Shown: one piece after another, positions 18,937 to 31,614 of the stretch | How positions within the stretch are numbered: position 1 is the first letter of the stretch | Layout of the letters: the number at the start of each line of letters is the position of its first letter | DNA from: Rotaria socialis | Lineage: Eukaryota | Direction: 5' to 3' | Length of the DNA: 64,000 nt | NCBI GenBank assembly: GCA_905331295.1 | Contig: CAJNYD010000062.1 | Coordinates: forward strand, 372,001 to 436,000 | Position numbers and translations under genes: made by a program | The notes under the pieces: model-generated | What the model was told of the DNA's origin: nothing | The model's database searches: none | The model's input: the letters and a program-made list of their open reading frames with translations, nothing else

Positions 18937-19499
18937 CGCAGTTAACAAATACTGTAGTCAACAAAAATATTCTAAAGTACAAAAGAACGATAAGAAAAAC
19001 GACAACATGAAGGAACCGTGAGAAAAAAGAAAATGAAAGCCAAGAATTTATGTCAACGTGTCTTTATAATAGAAACAAGGTAATACCGGATAAATAGTTC
19101 GTGAGTCTATATACATATAAAGAAATGTATGAACTAATCGAAGTAAATATATTGGTAAGTACCTGAGGAAAAAGATCAGCTTCCATGTTGCGCATTAGAT
19201 CAAATTAGAGGTTAGCGCAATATGTCGATGAAAACAAATGCACCAATAAGATGAGAGAAAGCATAAATCGCGTCGTACTGATATAAATAAGACCCCAAAC
19301 AGACCAAAAAAATAAAACAGAATTAAGCAACGTGATTGGTTAATTCACACTTAAGTCATCTTTTTGAGACGATTTAGTGGTTAATTCTGTTTTATCTTTT
19401 TGGTCTGTTTGGAGCCTAAGTGTAGACTGCCGGACAGATTGTGTCACAATGTTAACGATTTCGTTTGCAAAAGTCAATACTTTTCTGGATTCATTCTAG
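18937..19499. promoter_or_regulatory. Probable bidirectional promoter/5' UTR region between head-to-head IDH2 and RNGTT
   Basis: The start codons at 18936 (-) and 19500 (+) are 563 bp apart and divergent. The RNGTT ATG follows an acceptor-like TTCTAG, and a GTAAGT donor candidate lies at ~19155. Confidence 0.5.
19291..19416. mobile_element. 126-bp PIF/Harbinger (Tourist-like) MITE, copy 2 (inverted relative to copy 1)
   Basis: Reverse complement of 15283-15408 with only a few substitutions, flanked by TAA on both sides. Confidence 0.85.
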
Positions 19500-22400
19500 A
19501 TGTCTGGACATATTGCTTCTTCTTCGAATACACGAATATTTGATCCGACAGCTTTACCACCTCGATGGCTTGATTGCCCGAGAAAATCAAGTATTATTGC
19601 CAGTAAATATCAATAATTTACTTTTTTTTGACATTTTTCACTTTGTGTTTTTCATAATATTTAGATAAATTTATTGCATTCAAAACTCCATTGGATGATC
19701 GATATAAAGAAAAAATTAGCTCCTATCAACTATGGACATGTCCCATGTTACTTGACTCTGTTAAACGTGAACAGGTATGATCGAAATTTCCTCATTCAAT
19801 ATATTAATTATATTCATGTCGTCTATAGAAAACTCTCGGTTGTGTTATCGATTTAACAAATACGCAACGATTTTATAATAGTGATACTGAATTCAGAGAC
19901 AAACGTATACGTTATGAAAAAATTCGATGTCGAGGGTAAGACAATGAATTAGATTGAAATTTCCACGTACACAATATGTCCGAGTAAACATATATCTTTC
20001 TCTCTATAGAACAAGAAACTTTAATAAACAAAATATCCGACAGAAATAGAAGATAATATAGATTCAGATTAATTCTCTTATCGAATTTCATTATTTTCGA
20101 TCTATTGGATTTCTTTTTTTAGGCATGGCGAGACGCCTAACGATGAACAAATCAATCGTTTTATGGACGTTTGTAATGATTTTTTTAATAATAATCCCAA
20201 TGAAATTATTGGTAAGATCTTAATTCTAATTTATCGTCGTAAAAATAATTAGCTTGATTTATTTACCAGGTATTCATTGTACACATGGATTTAATCGTAC
20301 AGGATTTTTAATTTGTGCATATCTTTGCCGTGAACTTGATATGAGGTATAAATATTTTGTGAAATAAATTTTGAAACGTATATCTGTCGGGTTTTCTAGT
20401 ATTGATGCTGCCATTGATATATTTTCAAAAGCTCGGCCGCCAGGAATTTACAAACAAGATTATTTAAATGAGCTATTGAAAAAATATGGTGATGAAAGCT
20501 CTACAATGATTCCGGCACCTGCACGACCTGAATGGTGTCTTAGTGAGAGCATCTTTTTTTGATATAAAAATAAATATTCATTGAGAGTTCTGCTTACAGC
20601 TAATAGCGATGACGAAGATGAACCTAATGAACGACCTGTAGGTATTAGTGGTATTAAACGGCCACTTAGTAATGCTATTGAACCACCAAGTAAACGACTA
20701 CACGAAGCACCACGAGTATTTAATTGATTTTGTTAAAAAAAACATGATTTGATTTTTTAAAACTTCTCTTAGAGTTCAAATCCGCAATTTGCTGTTAGTC
20801 TATCCGGTGTTTTCCCTATTTGCTCTCAATCGACTGTGACTATTCAATTGAAATGCCAAAGAATGTGTGAATGGACTCGGTAAGAAAGAGAATATGATCT
20901 TGTTTTGTTTTGTTTAACATTAAAATTGTTGTGTTTCTTTAGGCGAGGTTTTCCAGGTTCACAACCTGTATCAATGGATATTACAAATTATAAGACTATC
21001 GTTCAATCTCCGTATATGGTCAGTTGGAAAGCTGATGGAACTAGGTAATGTGAGAAGATCGTTTTTTTCTTCTTCTCTTATTTATATTTAATTCAATCAT
21101 AGATATATGATGTTGATTGAAGATGACAATAAAATTTATATGTTTGATCGTGATAATAATGTATTTCAAATAAGTCATCTTCGTTTTCCAAAAGATGCTG
21201 AATCTACAAGTCATTTAACGAATACACTAATTGATGGTGTAAGTTTTTTTAAAATGATTTTGAATCTATTGAAAGATACTGAATAATTTTCTCGTTTAGG
21301 AACTTGTAATCGATAATGTAAATGGAACCAAACTACCCAGATATTTAATTTATGATATTATAACTTATGAAGTAAAATGAAGAAATTTATTGATCTGATT
21401 TGATTTGAAGAGATTATTTTAATTTTAGAATGAAAATGTTGGGAAAAAACCATTTAGAGAACGTCTTGATATCATACGTCGTTCAATTGTCGATGTTCGC
21501 AATAAAGCTATAGCAAAAGGCCTTGTTGATAAAAGTTTAGACCCATTTTCAATACGAAATAAAGATTTCTGGGATTTAGCTGCGGTACCTAAAGTAAGAG
21601 ATTTTTTGAATGTAAAAAAATGATTATTCAGTACTTCGAGAAACAGTTGCAATCATTGAAAATATCGCTAATATAGAGACTTTCTCATCATCGATCTATC
21701 TCTTAGAACAGTACTGCGAAGATTGCAAGTATGAAGAAATAAGAGATCTAGGGAAAAAACTAAAAATTCCATGTATTTTTTTTATTTATTCATAAAACTA
21801 TTTTAAATCGTCTTTGAAAATTTCCAATTAACATCGAAATCAGTCTGTAAGAAGATCACCAGATATTTGGTCTTTTATAATTGACATCACCTTGTACTTT
21901 ACTTAATCATTTTCTATTGCGATGTTGAAAGAGTAGAGATGACCTTCTTTTGAGAGTTTATCAAAATTATGATAGTTGTTTTGAAAATGAAAATCTAAAG
22001 TTTAACAATCGGTACATTTTATGTTGTGTCACAAAAAAAAATGTAATATTCCCTGAAAATTTGAGGTAACTCTCTCTCTCTAGTACGGCGTACACATATG
22101 TCGAGAGTTCCTGAGAACTCGAATCTAACTGGATTAGGACCGATTTTTGAGTAGGAGAAAAGATTGCTTTCAAGTAAACACTACTTGACTCAGTCATAGA
22201 ATTCTTTATATTATATACGAAGAAGTGCGAGAATTTGTGGAGACCATGACACATATATTCTTCTTTTAAAATTCATCTACAATCTCTATAGTGTTCATAT
22301 AGAATTCTATTGCTATGCGCACGACCATAATACGGGGCTAGAGGAACATTTCTTATAGTACTGCCATGTAGAAAATCTTAGCCAAAGCAAACTAGATTAG

Positions 22401-23170
22401 TTTGTTGCTACGATGCCTGAATCAATTCGATTTTCTAAAAGACTTCCAAAATGATGATAATTTTATTTTTTATACTTCTTTCATAGTTGGTTGGTCCTAA
22501 ATTTCAAGCACAAATAGCTCATGAAGTTGATGGCCTTATTTTTCAACCTGAACTTGATGTAAGATGCGGAAACTTTCATATTTCTTAGTAAATGTTTTAT
22601 TTTGTTCTAGCCGTATTTACCTGGCCGATCACCGCGTGTACTGAAATGGAAAGAAGATAATACCATTGATTTTCGTCTAAAAATTTTCGTTGATAAATCA
22701 AAAATAGGGTATATCACAATTCTGTTTTAATGCATCGAAATAGTTTCTTATTATTATTGTTGTTTTCTTCTCTTTAGACAATTACCCGAGAAAAAAGCTC
22801 TTTTATTCGTCAATGGTATGCAACAGCCATTTGCAAACATACCTTGGTCAAAGGAATTACGTCAATATGATAATAAAATCATCGAATGTTCATATCGTGA
22901 CCATAAATGGCATTTTCATCGACAACGAACTGATAAATCATTTCCTAATGCTAAAGGTATGTGTAGAACTCTATTGACGTCAAATGCATTTTAATTATAT
23001 TTCATTGGTTCTTCTTCGTTTAGAAACAGCGTTTGGTAAGTTTAAAATTTTTTTTGAATTCTTATTTCTATATTCATTGTATAGGAGCCGTCGAAGCCAT
23101 GCAACATCCGGTAACAAAAGAGTTGCTTTGTTCACTTATTGACGAACATCTAAAAAATAACATGCATTGA
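19500..23170 (+). CDS. RNGTT: mRNA capping enzyme (RNA triphosphatase + guanylyltransferase), multi-exon
   Basis: ATG at 19500 (...[11 protein letters not shown]). Motifs: [20 protein letters not shown], the triphosphatase active site [34 protein letters not shown], GTase motif [33 protein letters not shown] and RTDKSFPNA. Stop TGA at 23168-23170. Confidence 0.95.
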
Positions 23171-24743
23171 GAATGCAAGAAGTTTATTTCTTTGAATTCT
23201 TTAATGTCATATAGTGTCTTCTTTTTCTACACATCTCTTGTAAAATTGATTTTGTCGGCAGTATACCAAGCTAATCATGGCATGAAGTTACACGTGTAAA
23301 TATATGCAGTAACTCAGAAATTGAACAAATGTGAATATTCGATTTAAATGATACTAAATATTGTAGTAGTTCATTTAAATCTGGTTACAAGCTGAAAATG
23401 GTATGTGCTTGTAAGACTTTTAAATCCTATCATCGATTTAGCGTATGATAATTTTTGCTTGAAATCCATTTATTAATTGTATATCAACTGTATGGTATGA
23501 TTAAATTCGTAAAATTGCAAATGATCTTTCTAATAACGAATTCTTTACTGTAAATGTTGATGATATATAACGAGTTATGTGTTTAGTTTTCTGTAGAGAA
23601 GATAGACGATTGTCGTATTCATTGTTTACTATGCTGCCCGATCAACTTTGGCAGTTTGTTCAAATTGTATTAAATGATGCAGCTTTCTTAAAAAATCGTT
23701 TCATATATAGATCACACAATTGCTGATAGAGCTCACCAATGAAGGAAGCAGAGTTCGAATTATGGAACAATGTTTCGATTTCGTTCATCCTAATCGATAA
23801 CATCGTTTTTTATTATAAAAATAGAAGAATTCAAGATGACAATAACGACTACATAGATCAATTTAACAGAGAATTAATTTAATGTATTTTGATTCGAAAT
23901 ACAGTGAGAAACTAGAGTCGACACTTAAAGTTATGCTTTTTTTGATGATTGATTGATCAATGATCGAAATCTCACCACTGAACATTCAATTCATTGTATT
24001 TGAATGTAGCCGTGATCTTGTCGTTGACTAAAATGCATGCAAAACATTTTATAGAAGTGAACACTCGCATGTCTTATTCATGTATTCTTTCCATTAAATT
24101 TTGCGCACAAGTTTAGCGAAATTTCTTCGAGACGACGATCTGATCAGCGAATCGCTATTGACGAATTTTCTCTAATTTTAGTTCGCAATTGACCTCTTGA
24201 CGTCCTATGTGAGATAGGAAATAAAGAACAGGCTGCTGTATTCATTAAGATATTCAAAAGTATTACTATTGCATTTTTCAAGTTTCTATCCGAAACAAAA
24301 TGGTATAACAAATCTTATTGTAACAAATATCCTGAAAGACTCTCACTATGCTAGCAGGCACGAATATTCAGGGCTCCGAAACTTCGCCAATAAGACTTTC
24401 ACCATTAATTGGCGAATACCCGCAGGAAGAATCGACGAAAGTTGTATAGATCTTCATTAATGGAAGTGGAATATTCATATCGTAAGTGAAGTAGAAGAAC
24501 TATATCTAACATTATTAAAATGTAGCTCGAATCATACAGTTAACAATACAGTTGATGTCAATATCTTTAGTCAACACTATCGTCACACTTAAATTCCACA
24601 AAGTTTACTGGATGCTCTCCAATGGCGAAAGTCCTATTATGACGAACTTTCGGTAACCCGAATATTCAAATTGGCACAAAAAACTCAAAATACATTTTCT
24701 GGCATATACCGGTTTCTTTCATTCAAAATAATGCCAAATATTT

Positions 24744-27700
24744 CTACATAAGATCACACCTCGTAAAACGAAAAAACGACGATGGATATGTGATGGCGTT
24801 TGATGGAATATAAGCTTTGATATTGTGAAGGAAAGTGATATAATCGGCAATCGGTAGCAATGTGTGATATCTTTCATTCAGTTCAAATTTCAGCGATTGA
24901 TACATTGATTCACGATTGCTAAGACACATTTCATAGAGTTGTAGAAGGCGATCACCATCGAGACGTGTACAAAGAGGAAGAATTGTAGTGCCAAGTTTCA
25001 TTCGTAGAAGAAATAATTTTACATGATCATGAGTCCATTCTGTAATAGAATATGGTAGGTCCCTAAAAGCACAAATAAATTATCACATCAAAGTATGAGA
25101 TTGTGATAGAGCTTTCTGCTAATTAGACTAGATATATGAAAATAATCACGACCAGCGTAGAGAACATTTTGCCAGTATTTTGTATCTGAGACAGTGTATA
25201 GATACATGTATCTAATCATAATTAAAATTTCTAAAGGTACAAATGTCAACAATTCTGAAAAAGAACAAGAACCAAGATAGTGTAAGCGCGCTAATGAAGG
25301 CTACAGTACTATTGCCACAAACGAATATAATTTACACTCAAAATGAGAATGAGTGATAATTCGAGCTCATTCATTTAACAGTCATTCCGCCAACACAATA
25401 GAGTACCTTTTAACGACATATTCAACACGTTTTGCATTCATCATATTTATAAACTGTCATGTGGACACATAGATAATTTTCTTTATGAAGCTTGCGAAAA
25501 AATATTTTTTGACTTGTTACTCAAATAGGTTCTGAAGTTGAACATTCTTGAATAGAATTTATTACCCCGTAAAGAAAGGTTTTTTTTTATGTATCGGTTA
25601 GTTGAGATAAGAAAACATCCCGTTTATTCACTAGAATCAGTTTACTAAGCGTAATCCAGTCACGTTGAAATGTGAAGTGATAACGCGATTTATCATAATA
25701 GTCAATAAAACAATTGGGTATTATGATAACAAGATGCATACTCGATTGTATTGGAAAGTAATTCAGTATGTTCCAGACTCATCGAATTGTTCTCCGTTGA
25801 GTTTGTTGGTAATGGTTTTGAAGCTGTTTGACATTGTTGAATTATCTCATTCTTCAATTTTTCATAGGCCAAGCTGAATTGAGTATTTGCAAAATTCACG
25901 TAGATTTTACCACTGACAATGATACCCAGCCATCCATCAGGTTTATAATCGGCTTCTATAATGATTGGAATTAGACGACATCCTCTTTCAAATGCATAAT
26001 GTGCTTCTGATTGACAATAAACACTTTCTTTGTATGCGTTCGACATACAGATTAGTACATTTTCAGAATTTTCAATAGCATTTGCTATGCCGACCATTGT
26101 CGATCCATACAAACATTCTCTGTCAAGCCAGACGTTAAATCCATGTTTCACTAGTTCTTCATGAATTTGAAGACATAGTTCTTGATTTTTATGCGCATAA
26201 CTTATCATAATATTGTATTTGTGTGAATATAAAATAGATGGTTTAGCAACTGCTGCATTTTCTTTTTCCAATTTCCAAAGAAGTCCTTCAGCAGCTCGTT
26301 GTAAACCAGCTTGACCCGAGTTTGAATTTTCTGCAAGATTTCTACTATGATTCATGAAATCTTCATTCTGTTTTAGTATCAAACAGGCTTCGTTGAAAAA
26401 TGAAAGTGCGAGAAGAATTTCAAGAGCGACTTGTTGTACTTTGATTGGATCGAATCGTACTTCTACAACACATTTCATTAGTAAAGGAAGTGTTCCCTGC
26501 TTTATTAATTCAGTTTTAACTTGATCATGTTGTACAAAATCTAGAAAGAGCTCACCAGTGAATTGATAATTGAAATAATAAAAAAGAAATATTTAATAAT
26601 CGGTAACTTACTTTTTAAACTCTTCAGCAAGCTATCAAATCGTTCTGTTTTTCCAGGATCATCTATAGTATTTCTCATAAAATCAATGTAGACAGTAGCA
26701 ATTTTTCCCGGGTTCACCATAGCCTTAATGTCATTTTCAACCATCAGTTTCCCCAAACACCGATAAGCATTCAATTGTATTTCATCATGATCAGTATCAG
26801 TCAGTTCCAGAAGCATAGAAATCAAATCCGGTATAGTTTTCATAAAATTGAGTACATTCAAGTGAAGTGTGAAATTATACAAAATTTGAACAATGGTTTG
26901 TGCTTTGGACTTTAAATTCGTTTTATTTGAATGATGTTTCAATGTTAATGACAAAAAAGATGACCATTGCAACACTAATTTGCAGTAGTCACTATAAAAT
27001 TCTTCACTAAAAATATTGACATTTTCAGACTCAACAGGACGAATGAGAAAATAAGTTAGCTGACGAATCATAGCATTAACTTGCGGAGAACATTGAAGAT
27101 AAGACTCGGGCTGACCGCTTGTCATCCATGCAGTAAATTCATGAAGTAATGTACGTAAGATCTTAATCAAATTTTCAGGATCTCCGTAATCAGGATACCA
27201 TTGTAAATACCATGGCATCGTGCGAAGGAATAATGTTTGACTATTATCAAGTTTTTGATAAAAATATTGATCCAAACTTTTGATCATTTCAATAGCATAC
27301 GGAGAACACAGACATTGCGTGACAGCAGAAAAGATAGGTGCGATCAACGAATAATCATATGCTGCCATATGATTTCTGATGATATTTTTAAATATGGTTA
27401 ATAGGGAGCGCACTGAACGAAGAAGTTGAGAATCATTCAAATGTTTGCCGTTAGTGCCAATCTCTTGAAGACAATACACAAGTTCGTCGATCAACGGTTT
27501 AGAAAATAGTAAACTTTTAAGTTCATCAACATTACTATCATCAATGCTATAACTTAGATTCATAAACAAGATTGTAGCATCCAAAACGAATTTCTGTGTA
27601 ACACTTTCTTCTGTTTGTTTTCGATGAAGCTCGTCGGTAATTGCAGTATCCCGTAAAATTATAAAAAGTTCGTGTTTGACTAGTTCAGAGTTGAGAAGTA

Positions 27701-27893
27701 TTTTATGTCTGTGTGGTAAACTTGCCAATGTGAAAAGAATTTTTTCTATAAATGCGCTTTTAACATCAGGAATATTAATTTCTTTGAAACCAACGGTAAA
27801 TATATCAAACGATGTCTTCAACTGTTCGATGCTAATATTTGCTGCATGTTTTTGAATAGATTTACAATGTTCATCAATCGCAGTGTTGCTCAT
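24744..27893 (-). CDS. 799-aa helical/ARM-like repeat + TIR_2 + C-terminal SAM-like protein; join(27893-26612, 26540-25742, 25062-24744)
   Basis: Three ORFs join in frame across GT-AG introns (2400 nt total). ARM-like segments: QILYNFTLH, EIQLNAYRCLGKL, VKTELIKQGTLPLL, VQQVALEILLALSF, LQRAAEGLLWKL. TIR: IMISYAHKNQ...GFNVWLD...ANAIENS...VYCQSEAHYA...LIPI...PDGWLG. SAM-like: ITEWTHDHVKLFL...LDGDRLLQLY. The start is taken as the first in-frame ATG after an upstream in-frame TGA. Confidence 0.85.
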
Positions 27894-29307
27894 TGTTCTT
27901 TCCTGACAGCAGCTTGAAGTTGTTTTTGAAAACAATTTCAGATGATTCAAATAAGCTTCGACTTCAGATAGTTTTCATCTAGAATAGAATAGAATTTATA
28001 TAAAATGTTGACACTACAAAAAATCTAAACAGCCGTCTAACAAAAAAAAGGCAAAATAGAGAGCTACAAAATAAGAAATGCATGCTACTTCTCAATTCGT
28101 TGATGATTTTTTGTAGGATGAAAAAAACACGAAAGGGACTCTCAATGTTTACAATTATTAAAACACAACTTTTGACCATTCATGTCTTCACTGTAGACTT
28201 TTGTGAAGCAATTTTTTAAAGATTTTGATATTGCTTCCAAAATCAAACAGATTGGTTATTGTTTGCATAAACAAAGACAAATCAATACTAATTTCAACTT
28301 GAATACTATAGCTAGGTGAATTGCGAACGCAAATTTTTGGAATTGAAATAAATACAATTAAATTTCTGTACTCAGATATTTCATTTAATTGATTAATGTT
28401 TAAATGTAAATTTTTCCGACTAGGTTTCTTACAACGAGAATGAGAAATTATTCTATAGGTAAAAGATAAATTTTGATATTGTTACATAATTCATAAAAAA
28501 TTGTGTGATAAACATCTGAAACGATGTTTTATGCAAAATAATCAGCATTTATATAAGCTTAGGTTGATACAGTCATGATCAAATTAAATTATTCGATATG
28601 CATATTATCTAGTATTGAAGAATCGAATATAGATATTAAAACGATGCAACCAAAATAAAACATGAGACAAACAAGAAGTCTAAGCCAAATATAAAGAGAT
28701 ACAAGACGAAACGTCAATAGAACCAAATGATGAAACTCATAGAAGAAAGAAGAAAGGAAACATCGTATAATGTGTATACAAGTAAGAAATGATAAGATCA
28801 ACACAATATGTTTGATCTGTCCAGCTTTAAATCCTTCGATAATCACGCTTACGTGTGAATTGTACGAGTATAAGTATTTCAGTATTGTCAAGAATTCATA
28901 AAATGCCAACCGTATGTGCTCTCTAACAAGTCTCCTCTCATGCATTGATAGTCTCACCTAATTTTGATAGTATAGCTGCTTCATTTCAAAGCCGAAAAAT
29001 GGGCTAAGAACACATACTTCTTTGTAAAAGGCAAACAATTCAATCAAGAGAGCAATTAGTTATCAAAAATTAAGTAGAACAACATTTTTTGTTTTACTGT
29101 CATCTTAAGTCGAAACGATAGAGTTAAGATAAGCTAGAGTCACATGAAAAAGCACATCGACCAATGTTAAAAGCTGAGTATCTGGTCGATTCAAGCGATT
29201 TTCAGTTGAATTCATCACGGAGCAAGTGCACAGTGTATGATAAACGTGATAACAGCCAGAAATCACTCCGAAACCAAATTTTAACTAGAATTAGGTTTTT
29301 CTAGCAG

Positions 29308-29702
29308 CCCAGGTCGAGGTTTACGGAGTCCATATACGATCGTAAACGGTCGTATACAGAGAAATACGACCTTATACGGTAAAATGAGGAGCAATACGGA
29401 GATCGCATATGGGCTCAATGTACAGGAATTGTAAACGATCGTTTTTTGTCTCCGTATACGGTCGTAAACGACCGTGTCTGTTAGGTCCGGGACCCAGGAC
29501 GAGCTTTACGACGTCCGTATACGGTGAAATACGGGCCGTATACGGCCGTTTTCTGCCGTATACGACGGTAAATCGCCGTATTTGGCCGTATTACATGGCT
29601 CCGTATTACGATCGTAAATCTCCGTGTCGTAATACGGAGCCATGTAATACGGCCAAATACGGCGATTTACCGTCGTATACGACCGTGTATGCTCGACCTG
29701 GG
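29308..29702. mobile_element. Non-autonomous CCC-terminal TIR element (CACTA/EnSpm-like MITE) with CCGTA/TACGG repeats and an internal perfect palindrome
   Basis: Termini CCCAGGTCGAG...CTCGACCTGGG, dense CCGTA/TACGG motifs, and perfect ~54-bp inverted arms at 29558-29611 and 29627-29680. Related to 49305-49596. The TSD is not clean. Confidence 0.8.
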
Positions 29703-30795
29703 GAGCATTGTATTCCAAAATGAACACTTACAAGCACTGAATCATACATCGTGGATACAATTTACAAACAATGGCAAAGTTGCTAACCTCTACAGTTAAT
29801 TTCAGATGTTGCTCTAGAAATATTATTTCAGAAAATGACATGCTCGCTGCATCACAAATTTAGCTGTTCATCATCAATCATCGGCCTTAGCTATCAAATC
29901 AGCTTTGAACATTTGGTCTAACCTTGCATTAATTTGATGTCTCATAGTAACTTGATTTCTGGATGGCACCATATGTGACAATACATAATACGCATACTGT
30001 TATTTGATTGATTTGGAATCTCTACAAACTAAACAGGATCCATACATTATTAGTAGACAATGAAAATACAAATTTACGTGATCAGACTTTGATGATATTA
30101 GAAAAATTAGTGACGATTATATGCGATTCAAGAAGTTTGTCAATAATATGTATAAATGTTTTAGTGATGTTGCTAGAAAAGTTATTCTAATTAAAGAAGA
30201 ATAATCTGAGCGAAACGTACAGGTAACAGCAATTAAAGTTATTGTTTCTTCCAACTTGATGAATAACTAGCTAAACACAATGTCGAACCTATAAATTCAA
30301 TGGATTTACATTATTGATCCAAAGGTTTAAATGTACTTGACAAAAAAATAATAATTCGCACAAAATATTTTCACCGTAATCCAGTAAAACGAAACAAAAC
30401 TATTCACTAGAAGTTTGTGATGTAACACTTAACAGTATTTTGTGCATCGTTTCCTCACATTTCTCGACGTTTATGGCTACTTTTAAATGTATAATTTCTT
30501 TGGTTTGATCATATATTTTATCTTTATGATCACTTATTATGCCCTACTCTCCATTCATTTTTATAATAGGCGGTTCATAAATAATTATCATTATTGATGA
30601 TTACATTTTGACAAAAAATAATCCAAAACTCTAGACTTCATCCAATTTTTGCAAACTCCTGGTCATCAATACAAATTGTTTTGTGTAAAAGAAAATGTTT
30701 AAAACAGACGTATACGTAGAAAGGATTTCGTTAGTAAAAATATCAGTTAAATAGGAAAGTTTTCTTACAGGACATTGGTGTAGATTTAATAATAA

Positions 30796-31614
30796 CCCTA
30801 CACTGTGTAAAAAAACATCCACAGAATAATAAACGGAAAAATCGTTTTTGATAGGGTATTTAACAAAAAAAAGGGTTTATGATATGTTGCACTCTCATAA
30901 ACCCTTTTTTTACAGTGAGTGAAACATCTTTTAAGCAAGATCTTGAAATCTTGTCATTGGTAAGTAAGATCTTATCAAGATCTTTAAAAGAGAATTCGCT
31001 TGTTCAAATCTTGTCGTATCAGATAAATCTGTGTCTAAGATCTTGGGAAGATCATGGAAAAGATATCGTTTACTATTATCTTCTCACAAGATCTTGAGTA
31101 AAACAGAAAGCGACATCATTAGCGTATTTACATAGGCTATCTAGTCATTCACCATTTTTTAATGCACACACAAGCTATATATAAACAATATGATTGAACA
31201 TATGAAACATAAATTTTCAAAAATAATTTTTTTTAAACTATTTCTCGATCAATGATCGAGAGAGGACTACCCTAAATTGATCTGACGGATCTCAGACCAA
31301 TTTAAAGTCGGTCAGATCCCAACATCTGACTTGCTTGAGTTATTCAGGAGAAAAATAATTAATATGAAAATAAATTGAAAAATATCGACAGCTGCTTTTA
31401 CAAAAAAAAGAAGTAAAAACTGCGTTGTATGATTGATTCGAACCATGATTTCAAAATACGTCATCCAAGATCTTATGGATTCTTACCCAAGATCTGTAAT
31501 AAGATATTGGTACAAGATAATACGATTATCTTGTACCTAAATTTTCAAGATCTGTTAACTTATTCGTACCCAAGATCTTGGCTAAAATTTAACTTGCAAG
31601 ATGTTCGACTAGGG
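30796..31614. mobile_element. Non-autonomous CCCTAG-terminal element with CAAGATCTTG subterminal repeats; left TIR interrupted by a nested ~117-bp CACTG...CAGTG element (30801-30917)
   Basis: Left end CCCTA[insert]AGTGAAACATCTT, right end AAGATGTTCGACTAGGG, with AA on both flanks. AAGATCTT repeats cluster at 30935-31096 and 31465-31600. Confidence 0.7.

Noticed and set aside
23590..24740. Coding-like composition between RNGTT and the TIR gene
   Set aside because: All frames are interrupted and no family was recognised. It could be a decayed gene but cannot be supported without BLASTX.
27951..27978. Upstream ATG at 27978 as the start of the TIR gene
   Set aside because: It is out of frame and closes after four codons (ATG AAA ACT ATC TGA); at most a uORF.
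28589..28957. 122-aa hydrophobic ORF
   Set aside because: Composition rich in F/L/I/Y as expected from AT-rich non-coding DNA, non-ATG start, and no recognisable motif.
29308..29702. CRISPR-like appearance of short repeated motifs
   Set aside because: No constant repeat with unique spacers and no cas genes. The context is eukaryotic and the TIR structure explains it.
29409..29727. Overlapping ORFs on both strands with similar peptides (YTTVNRRIWPYYMAPYYD)
   Set aside because: Artefact of the palindromic MITE; not protein coding.
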